A stretch of 64,000 bases of DNA. Origin: Trichosphaerium sp. ATCC 40318. Taxonomy: Eukaryota > Protista > Tubulinea. The translations under genes and the position numbers were made by a program. This document shows positions 13,210 to 24,045 of this stretch, one piece after another (within the stretch, counting starts at the first letter, position 1; each line of letters begins with the position of its first letter). The stretch lies in the NCBI GenBank assembly GCA_038496445.1, contig JALMLS010000594.1, forward strand, positions 143,520-207,519, given 5' to 3'. Under the pieces are notes generated by a model, which was not told the DNA's origin, did no database searches, and saw nothing but the letters and a program-made list of their open reading frames with translations.

Positions 13210-15610
13210 CTACAAAGACTCCTCCTTTTGTATGGTTTTACGGCTGAAAGGTGTAATTTTACTCCTCAAGTATGGCACTTTAAGCCCAACCACAGCAATC
13301 ACGACAACAGCAACCAACAACAAGATGACTATCACAATCGCAGCTACTGCAGCTGATGATAGCCCTGATTCATCCTTGCATCTATCATCAACAGAGAACA
13401 GAACAGAATAGTGTCCTAAAAAGTGTGCTTAGATAACTAACACAAGGAGATGAATTACCTTCTTTATCGTCTTGAGGTGTTCCAGTTATTCTTTTGCAAC
13501 CTTTATCAATTTCTTTGATCTTTATGTTGTCTAGTTCAGCACAATCTACTTTGTCATAGATAAAGATATCCCTTAACTAACTGGTGTCACAAGATGTACT
13601 AGCACGCTCAAATACCTACCTCACCATCTTTTATGGTGTTAGAATCAAAAGTGACATCACCAGTAACACTCGCACATTCTAAATCGCGAATGAGTATAAG
13701 CTATTTGGTATTGAACCCATAGTACCTGAAAACGTGAGTACAGCGTCATCTGCAAAAGTTTGAGTTGTAGTGAGTGTTGCTTTGTCATTGAAAACAAATG
13801 AACCATTCCAAAGAGTAGGAGTGGTGATAATAACAGGATCATCAGCAACCCAATCACCTAATACAAACGAACTCAGAGAATGCTTGAAAGAGTTGTTTAG
13901 TACCGTTCACACATGTAAACCCTTGTCGTTCGTCGCCTATACATTCAAAGCCTTTTGTCCACATGTCTACCAAGAGTTATAACAGGCTTCTGTTACATCA
14001 AAGTGACTACCTCCAATACAAAAGTATTGACCATCAGGTTTTGGGTCTGTACATATTCTCTGATATAACGTTATTTCACTAGTTACAGTCTATTCATTGT
14101 ACCGATTGGAATGCGCCAATATCTTCTATACCTAGTCTTCGAGGGTTTCCATCTATTTGAAAATCAAGTTAATTACAGTGGCAGAAATACAAGTACCTAT
14201 ATCGGTCGCTGCACTACTAATTCCGGTTATGTTTCCTACTAAAGTGTTAACCTGTCTTCTTCGGTTTCCGCAATAAGGTGAAATCACGTGCTGTTAAATA
14301 TTCTGGTAGCTGTGTTCTTGTTTAATTTATAATCTCCTTTCGAAGTGCTCACAAACAGCTTTCCTCTTGTCTTAATTACAGAGCCATCAAATGTTTCACC
14401 TGTCATGATGATTGACGTCTTAAAACTCCATCGCTTGTCATTGTCAGCTTCAATCTTTTCGATACCTATCGCTTATAAGTAGTGGAACGTTGCTATCAGT
14501 TGACTACCTTCACCAAAGGTTCCATACTCAAGACTAAAGTCACCTCCTTCCGAATAACATTTTGTATGGAAGACTATTGTTTTTAGAGGCTTACGGAATG
14601 TCATTGGTTGTACCTGCTTGAATATTACCGTATATCAAAACGTTGGAAGCAAATACTGTTGACTCATCATGACAGCTACCCATTAAGTCACAACCAACAA
14701 AAAAAAGAAGCGTTTATCGTACTCAATAATCTTTGTTGATTCACAATTGTCGGGAGAATGGTACTTGAATCTATCTAAAGGTCCTTTAATTATCACGTGA
14801 TGTAAGAAGAATATTTTTAACGTAACATACCTATTTTTATAAAAGTGCTTTTCTCAGAGCAGTCGCTTGACGTCCTTATAAATTCTAATACTGTTTAGAT
14901 ACGCTCAATATTAACACACATACTATGACTGCACCCAGTGGCTGAAATATCTAAAAGTTGTACAAAGCCAGCGTTTATTTCAACGACTTCATCTCTTCGA
15001 TTTTGGTTTGGTAATATTGTAAAGTCAATATCGCTGAATACAACACTACGGATACCACTACAATCAGGATCAATTTTTACTTGATTATTCCGAATGACAT
15101 TAATTGTTCCGTTTCTGAAGAAGATATCACGTGAGTCTACGCGTAACAGTCAGTAAGTAGATAAAACTAAACGAAACGGCTTACCTCCAGTAATCTGTAT
15201 TGTACCGTCTCCTTGGTTTCCAATTGTAAACCCATAAAACGTAATATTTCTACAGTCGTTTAGACTGATAGACTCGAATACCATCTACCAGGTATTAATT
15301 TAGTGTTTTTAGAACAGAACACATTGCTGTTTTGTACGTCACGTGATAAATTGTATGTACCTTTTTATTACCGTCCCAGACTACTTTAATATTGTTATAG
15401 TCTTCCCAGTCGACTTCCAGAGTTTTGTCACCAGTTATATGGATACAGTCGCCGTTCTAAGCAAGATATGTTTGTCTGGAGTGGTATATCTAAATGTACC
15501 TTGTTTACAGAGTTTAAATTACGAGCATCTCTACAGGCAATGCTAAAACCCACTAAAAATACTGCCCACAGCGTAAACATACGTTGTACAGTGCCACGCA
15601 CTCCAAACAT
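13210..15610 (-). CDS. Type I membrane/surface protein with beta-helix-like and Cys-containing extracellular region
   Basis: Signal peptide (MFTLWAVFLVGFSIA) and beta-helix-like repeats (ISLNDCRNITFYGFTI; IRSVVFSDIDF). Many exons, then TM AAVAAIVIVILLVAVVVIAVVGL and a short basic tail ending EESL-TAG. Confidence 0.65.
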
Positions 15611-16190
15611 GACTGTTGTACGTTAGATAATGTAAGTACAGGAAGATTCATTACCCTTTTTACAGAATAAAACTTTATCGCAACACGTGACCTACAAATA
15701 CACGCAGGGATATCAAGATAATTTATGAAACGGGATGGAATGTGACACCGAACAAACTAAGGCAAGTGAGCTTAATCATAATCCTGAACAATTTTACATG
15801 GGTTACAGAATGTTCTATACATCATTTGTTACTTTAACACCGCCAACACCTTTCAACAAGGTCCAAAGTAATAGTACACCTCAAGCTTTTTATTAACTTG
15901 CTACGCTCTTCTGTGGCACGACAACCCTCATGTGTTATTCGCCAAAGCAGTTTGTTTCATCTTGTAGTCGAACCTTGAAGCCGTCGCTGTGTTTTTGGAC
16001 AAAAAGAGACCAGCCTACCTAGTCTCAGTATCACAATTGCCATAAAATCTTACGGTTTTGGTAAATTATACCCGGGTCTATAAGAAAACTTTAATCATCT
16101 TCTACATGTGTTTTTTTATTGAACATACTTTGGTTCAAATTACAAGTTACATTCTGCGCAGTTTGCCATGGCAACGCGAAAAATAATTAA

Positions 16191-16271
16191 GCTTGTGAAG
16201 GTGTTCCTATCGGTCGCATAACTGAGTTCTGTGGTGTGCCGGTAATGATATGACAAGTCGGGTTTTTTTTT
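16191..16271 (+). ncRNA. Candidate small structured RNA (long G-U-rich hairpin followed by T9)
   Basis: Stems GCUUGU/ACAAGU, GUGUU/GAUAU, UAUCGGU/GCCGGUA, CGCA/UGUG and AAC/GUU. A T run at 16263-16271 resembles a Pol III terminator. Confidence 0.35.
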
Positions 16272-16352
16272 AAGCTGCTGTTATTTTATTCACAAATAAT
16301 CGTACAAGTACAAAAGGATACAACAAAAAATCATTCAAACAATGTTGTGATG

Positions 16353-18093
16353 TTACCCAATGAATGGAGTATCATCCAATTTGAATGATTCGATGTCAAG
16401 AATGAAAGGCTTTATCATACCTTCATCTACAAGCGTACTAGTAACAGCACGATTGTATGCATTCTCAACAAAACCAAAATAGAAAATACAATGCCAAAAA
16501 TTACTTGGTGTTAAAGCTACATCTTTCAAACAGAAAGATGAAGGAGTAACATCTTCAGAACTTTCAAATTCTTCCAAAACATCATCACGTGATTCCTTGT
16601 ATAATATCTTATCTACAACTACTTCATCTTCATTCCCAGGTAACCACCATGTGACTAATAGTATTATAAGACGAAATGAAGATGACTTTGATGAAGTGGG
16701 TAGTTGTCATACCTGTGAATGATTCATTTTTTTTTGTTTCATGAAAACTTTTTTCGATTTTGAAACACTTTTTCTTTGCTGCAATCATTCTATTCTCTGC
16801 CTCTTTCAACTTGTTCAAGCATTCCTCACATGTTTCATCTAATTACTAGTATGAGGAGAGTGTAAAAAAAAAGTGTGTTAGGAGTACCAGCACCAAAAGA
16901 AATAGGTGACTTATAAGTTCCATGTTTACATTCTTCGGTATCAGAAGAATCATCTGATCCTTCAGATTCCGAATCAGAGTCATCATCACTGAAGTCATTT
17001 AGATCATCATATTGCTCGTTTATAGCCTCTACACATTTTTTGATCATATCACGTGCAACTTTTGATGATGGACAGAGCTCTAAAGCTTTCTCAAAAGCTA
17101 CTTTCGCAAAAACATATTTTGCTGGTATCATCTCAAAACATGCTATTCCCTTCCTCAAGTGACCCTTCAAAGAAAATCAGCATATGCATAAAACACTCCA
17201 TAGTAAAGTGTTATATTACCTTTACGAAATCAGGTGCAATTTCAACACAATTAGACGCATCACGAAGAGCACGAGCAAGAAAAATTAAAGAACCAAATTC
17301 ATATTGTTTTGACTCTTTGTTCAACTCTATAAGAGTAGCTGCTCTGTTGCTAAGCAATACATGCATCATATCCATGTGCTGCTTAGGGTTTTTCTCAGCA
17401 ATATCAATAGCACGTGTGTACAAGGCGTTGGCTTCAAGGAACTGTTTTTTTCCATATTTTTCGTTTCCGAGTTTTTTAAGCCTTAGTACTTCGTTTTTTG
17501 TCTTCTTAAGCGTCTTGAAGGTAGGTCTGAGTAGTAGATAAGCATAAAAAGCACTTTAGAGCGTTTTTTAGTAAAATTTACATAATGTGTTTTCGGTTAC
17601 ATTTGTAGTCGTAAGAGCATCCATTCGCTGATTTATATGCTATACAGCGTTGAGATGGTATTTTGTGGGCGTGTCTACATTTTTCGCCATACTTGCAGCA
17701 TCCAGCCAGAAAGTATTGGCATAGTTTCTGTTGGCAATATGAGGACGAGAATCAAGAAACGGCGCGTACACGATGAGACTTGTTTGAAGCCCATGGGTGT
17801 TCTTCTTCAGTAAAATCAAGCATTGATAATACCAAAGGGCTATGCAGAGGGTGGGGGCACGGTTCTGCTTCATTAGAGTCCTTGTAATAGTCTTCTAACT
17901 TATCGAGCATCATACTGAAGCTTTCATCGGTAACACCGCCACCATATGGTCGGTCTTCTTTGTCCCAGAACATGTATTGTAACGGATCGACAAACGCGCT
18001 TGAGATAATGTCATTGACAGTTTCATCGCCTGAGTAGCCGTAATCGCCGTAGTCTGAATCATCAGAGTCGTAGTAAGAGTCGTAGTAGCTCAT
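16353..18093 (-). CDS. Tandem CCCH zinc finger plus TPR protein with acidic tracts
   Basis: A spliced exon (about 17728-17583) gives CQYFLAGCCKYGEKCRHAH and CIAYKSANGCSYDYKCNRKH. TPR follows (LKKLGNEKYGKKQFLEANALYTRAI...SNRAA...APDFVKGHLRKG...FEKALELCP). Confidence 0.8.
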
Positions 18094-18435
18094 TGTGTGT
18101 TTAGAATAATAACCGCTATTTTTTTGTGATTATTGAGCTATTGACTTAACGACATTTTATTCGAACGCACCTTACATACAGAATCACGTGATTTGTATTT
18201 TAGAGATGACAATACAACCGTGTTAGTAGGCAATTTAAAAAAAAGGTTGTGGAGAGCTTTGCACGAACGGACGGAAACTGTGAATTACAAACAGAATAAA
18301 CATTGTTACCACTCATTTTCAAGTGCGAACCTGACTGTTTATTGGTTAGATTCGTTTCAACTCATTAAGTAAACGTTTTGCTACTTTCACAATGTTGCCT
18401 ATTGCGTCCTTATCTCTTGGCAACTATCGTTGGTA

Positions 18436-20621
18436 ATGTCCATTGCGCACTCCAACATTCACCCTTCGAGGATTGTGTCTTTTGATACCCTTATCCACCA
18501 ACTTGATAGGAGTGTAGAGAACAAAGGTAAACTACTATTGACGTACATAGATTCTTACAAGCTTCATAGAAATTAGTTTTAGAAAAGATGAGGAGACTGG
18601 TTTAGAAGTTTACCGCTACAACTTTGGTTCTTTATCTCCTAATAAGCCACAAGCTGTAGGAAACTTGTGTAGAGGATTAGTAATTCATAGGGTCTCTCAG
18701 AGAGTTGTCGCACATGGGTTTCCAAAATTCTTTCACTATGCCTCAGAAGTACAACCAGAGGTCAGCGATGAAGTGTTGGAAGTTACCGAGAAATTTGACG
18801 GTACAGCACTAGTTTTGGGTTGTTATCACGTGGGAATAACTTCTACGCCATAGGGTCTATGATCGTAGCTTTTGTTTGGAAAGGGAGGCTCGAGACTACA
18901 ACAAAAGCAAATATGGCTTCAGATCAAGCGCTGTGGGCTAAACAGTGGCTTAGTAACAATGTAAATGTTGCTTTGTTTCAGAGCGGCTATAGTTACGTGT
19001 TTGAGGCGATCTACAAGGATAATACAGTAATTGTTGAGTACAATTTTGAAGGCACGTGATTAACTTACTCTTTTTAAACTAAGTGTTTAAATCTTCAGGA
19101 TGTGTACTGCTTGCCATATACAACAATAAAGGAAAAGAACTTGGACTTGCCGAAGTACAAATCGTACTATTTCATTCTTAATATATTCATATCTCAACAG
19201 GTTTCAGCGACTGCCAAAACACTTGGCGTTAAATGTGTCGAGACGATAGAAATGCGTTTTGAGGAACTCCTTTGTAAGCTAGAGGACGACGACATTGACA
19301 CCGAAGGTATGCCGATTTTCATTTAAAACTCGGACTTTTTTATTTGGGCTAAGTACTCTTGTATTGAATACTTTACGCCCACGATTCCTACAAAGCAAAC
19401 GCTAGATAAAAGAAAAGTTTGGACAAGAGCATAAAATTATGAGTTTTCTTAGGGACGATTTGGTCTATTACGTACCATTTCTTGGTACAACAAAAGGCTT
19501 TAAGTGATTATAGGCCTCTCTTTTCCAAAAAATGTTCCCGTTTTCAATGAAACCCGACATGTTTCTTTGTTCATTACAAAACATCTAATCATTACTGCAG
19601 GATATGTTGTTAAGATTAAGAGCGTCAATACAAGACTCAAGTTGGTAAAATCTGAATGGAAGAGAGCTAGTAATATAGCGCGGAAAATATACCCTTTATA
19701 CATTTGGCAGTTGATGAGATACAAAAAAATTGAATCATTCCGCTCTTCAATTCGAAATTCAATGCACTTGAAGGAATTTAATGCGATTTATAGTGCCCTG
19801 GATACTCAGCTATCTAACCTTCTATTAAAACATAGCGGTACGAGAGTAGTGAAGATATACTTAGAATTATTGTCAATACCATACTGCAATATCGAAGATA
19901 AGAAATATCCTATTGTTGGGCTCCAAGGTGCAATATCTGTAGCTCTTCAAGAGTTAAAGTACATTTTCTCCCTGTGTTACATCACATTAAACGAAGATAG
20001 GAAGCTTCTGCCTTCTCGCTTTAGTGGACACATTCGTTCAGCAATTACTGTAAGTACTAAACAACAATTTAAATGCTAAAAACGGATTAGCATTTAGCTT
20101 TACAACAAGTTCTTTACGAAAATATAGAATCAATGAAACATTGCGAGTATAGAATAAGAGAATCCTGGCGGCTAGACTATGAATCAGCGGTAGCAAGTGT
20201 TAAAGAAGTGAGGGGCTTGCTCATTGATAGAATAGCTGAAGTCTATAAAAAGTGGGTTACAGAAAATAAACGAGCATACCTGGAAGATATCAAGCCAATG
20301 AATAATGAGATCAAAGGATACACTCCTTCTCAGAACTTCAAACAAGCGTGGGCGAAATCGTGGCCATACTTGACTGAACCTAGTTTCAGTTCTGACCTCA
20401 TGTTTCCTCCCGAAATCATGTTGGAGATATTTAATAATCTAGAACCAATCAACATAGCAAAGTCTAGGCAAGTATGTCATCACTGGGATAATCTCTTAAA
20501 CCTCGAGTCGTATAGAATGACAATGGATGAGTACAAAGAAGACCTTCGTCAAGCACAGTATGGATATTGGCGGAAACACACATCTTCATACGGTAGTGAT
20601 ACTGAACTCTATGATTTCTAA
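18436..20621 (+). CDS. T4 Rnl1-like ATP-dependent RNA ligase with C-terminal F-box
   Basis: CRGLVI..VVAHGFPKFFHY, motif I TEKFDGS, motif III FEAIY, motif IV EGYVV, motif V RLKLVK. Splices in frame (last acceptor at 20090) into MFPPEIMLEIFNNLEPINIAKSRQVCHHWDNLL. Confidence 0.85.
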
Positions 20622-21073
20622 GAATACACTATTTGCGAAGTACATTGTCAAATAAAACTAGTTAGGCGTTTGATATCACACGATGCTTTTAAAGCATGAC
20701 ATGATAACTTAGCCTGCAAAGAAATAGTTAAATGCCAGGTTTATTTACAAAGCAAAAAAGGGTACTTACTAGTAACAAAGACAGCATTCTGTATTTGCTG
20801 TTGTGCATTGCCTATGTAGAATATTGTGAAATTAGTTGCCTACTATATATGGGAAAGCTGTAAATGTTCTTGCAATAAGAAAAAAGTGCTACAATGATTG
20901 CTTGCAACTCAAAAGCACGCTCAACTGAAAAAGATTGATTTTTTGATTGAAAAAAAGTTGCCTTACGACATAAGACTTATTGTCTTCGATTGATTTATTG
21001 AATATTCATTTTCGTTAAATTCTACTGAAGTGAAAGCACAAGCGACTACAATATAAATCACGTTACAAAAACA

Positions 21074-22593
21074 ATGATCCCATCACCACTAAAGAAGGTA
21101 ATTGCAACCGTTTTCATCAAAAAAAAACTCCTAAACTCGTTCTAACTTGTACCCATCAATAGCGTAATAATGCATCTACTACACAGTTTCATACCCAATT
21201 ACTAGAACTGCCAATGGAGTTACTTCTCGATATAATCGATCTAGACTCAGAAATCAATCTTAAATTTCCGCTTCTATCAAAATCAACGGCGATGTCAACA
21301 AGGTTCGATTGTGATCTTAAGAAACATGGTAAATGGTTGAAATACAAAAAACATTGTGAGAAGGGATCACCAGATGGATCACAAATCGTATGTCAGGAAT
21401 ATTGGAAAAATGGTAAACAACACGGAGAATACAAGTCATGGTACACCAACGGAAAAGTGTCTGTTCAATGTAACTTTGTAAACAATGTCTGGGAAGGGCA
21501 ATACAACTGTTGGGACCCTAATGGGCAATTGAATGAACAGTCTTATTATGTCAAAGGACAATACCATGGAGAGTTAAAACGTTGGTTTGAAAACGGACAA
21601 TTGAGAGAGTTATGGACGTATGTCAAAGATATAAAACATGGCATCGTCAAGAGCTGGCACTTCAATGGACATATAGAAAAGCAAGGAACATATGTTAATG
21701 ATGAACTATCTGGAGAGTATAAGGAGTGGTATGATAATGGAAAACTGGAGGTAGAGTGTACATACAAGAATGATAGACGTGTTGGAATGTACAGGGAATG
21801 GCATCCGAATGGAAAACTAGAAATGGAATGTACCTACGTCAATGGTAGACAACAAGGACACTACACCTCGTGGCATGATAATGGTCTAGTTTGTTGTCAA
21901 TGTATTCATGTTGATGGTCAAAGAGAAGGAGAATGCGAGGTGTGGTATGAAAACGGCAAAATATGTGCACTGTGCACGTGTGTAAACGGAAAGAAATACG
22001 GAGAGTACAAACAATGGTTTGACAACGGACAACAGCAAATGCAGTGTAACTATATTGATGACAATCTACACGGAGAGTTTACAGAGTGGTATGAAAACGG
22101 AGTAATAGCTGTTAATTGTTATTACATCAATGGTAAACAATATGGAGAGCGAAAGGAGTGGCACGAAAACGGCGAAAAGGAGCTACAGCACACTCTTGTA
22201 AATGACAAATACAATGGTGAATACATGGCTTGGTACGACAATGGACAGCTGTACAAGCAAGCCACCTATACCAATGGTATCTTAAACGGAACCTATAACA
22301 AGTACTATCGCAATGGGCATTCATGGAAGCAATGTACTTATGTCAATGGAGCCAAACACGGTGATTACAAGGAGTGGCATGGAAATGGAGTGTTGCTTTG
22401 CCAGTGTAATTTTACACATGGATTGAAAAATGGAGAGTACAGGCAATGGTATGATAATGGTCAATCATGGATACAATGTTATTGTGTTAATGGCAAACGA
22501 GAGGGTGAGTATAAGAGATGGTACTACAGTGGCAAATTGGGAAAACATTGTACCTTCAATGAAGGTAATCGAGTTGTATTCAAAATACGCTGA
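21074..22593 (+). CDS. F-box plus MORN-variant (YwqK/MORN_2-type) repeat protein
   Basis: Exon 1 MIPSPLKK (21074-21097), intron 21098-21162, then ...QLLELPMELLLDII...FPLLSK (F-box-like). About 16 tandem 24-aa repeats follow (HGEYKEWYDNGQL...CxYVNG). Confidence 0.8.
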
Positions 22594-24045
22594 AATCCAT
22601 AAAAAAAACTAACAATGAAATCAACGTCATACGCTATCAGTATATCCAATAAATGCAACGTCACACATCTCGTGTAATACCAGAGCAAGTTTATTTTATC
22701 AAGTCCATACATTATCTCAGTAGTGCGGAATGGTTTCTGGTGCTCGTACTGGTAAACATACTTCTAACACATTAAAGATATTACAAGAATCTTTATCGAG
22801 CAATCTTCCCAGAGTACATGAGTAATTGCGCTGTTTTTTGTGGATTTAAGTATCACGTTACACAGCCACTTGGGTCTAAAGTACAACCTGGCTATACACC
22901 AAAGTCAGTCTCACATGTTACGGTGTCCCACTGTTCCTACAAACATTATTGTACGATTCTAACTGTATCCTAGATTCCACTACAAGCAGTAATGTATGAG
23001 AAAAGCATAGGAAAACACCGGCAACGTATTTTTTTCAACACGTTGTTCATTGAATTTAACAAAAAACTAGTCAGTTGGGGTAGCATGTCGCCTTTCTTTA
23101 CTTCAGGACGCGTCAGGAAGTCACGCACTAACAATCCTGAAAATAAATACTGTATGAAATCAGTACATGAACTCACGCCACAGAATCGTAGTGCTTCACT
23201 TAGTGATGAGAGTAACAACTGAATTTGTGTGGTGTCATGGAAAGAGAAGCCATTTTCGGGTTGGTACTCAAGTTCAGGAAAGCGACAACACGCTGCTAAG
23301 AGTTACCACAGTGTTGGATAGTACGTCCTTTCAAGTACAAAAGCATTTCTGTCTGACTAGGTTACTACTCCGAAATTGTACGTGGGTACCGTTTAAAGTG
23401 TCCATCTTAGCTAACGCGAGCTTTTGTTTGTGAAAAAAGTGTAAATGGCGTAAGCTGAGAAGAATTCTAGTTTATGGCATAGTACTGCTAAAAGTCACTA
23501 TGCAGATGTATCTTGAAGGATTTAAATAGAATTTATAGCGTCAGACAGTTATTCTTAGACAATACCTTTTTGAAATTCTTCGGCGTACTGTGAGTGTAGC
23601 GTTTAAACCATTTTATCGCTCGTTTTGATCAAATAACGCAATAATGTACCAAAAATATTGTGTAGCGCTTCTTTTAGTATATTCGCAGCATACAGTTGCC
23701 GTTCCTTATTTTAAATGCAGTTCAGGAAAAGAAATTCTACAGGTGTTGGAATTCTTGCATGAAACCCTTAGTTGCCACTAACAGATGCTGCTATGCATGT
23801 AGTAAGCTCTCACATTGCATATTTTGTGATTCATAAAAATAGTCGCACAAAAACAAGACAAGTATGGGTCATCGCTAGCATATTTTATTATAAGCCATAT
23901 AAAGGCCGTCAAAATGAAGCAACATAGTGGTTCAATATTATATCGAAGCCAGTTGTGTAAAAATTTCGCACACGTCCGCGAGAGACGGTTTTTTTTGCTT
24001 TTTTTTTTTGTTTTGGTTTTTGTAGATTTGTTTGGTATTTTTTTT

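Noticed and set aside
16191-16260. SECIS element or 5S rRNA
   Set aside because: There is no correctly spaced AUGA/AA/GA core on the mRNA strand and no in-frame TGA in the adjacent gene. The 5S resemblance on the minus strand is limited to a few words and the segment is too short.
18436-22593. Intact endogenous giant-virus insertion
   Set aside because: No viral core genes (capsid, polB, packaging ATPase) are present, and both genes carry host-type spliceosomal introns.
22900-23450. Small ORFs on both strands
   Set aside because: No consistent spliced model or recognisable domain could be built.
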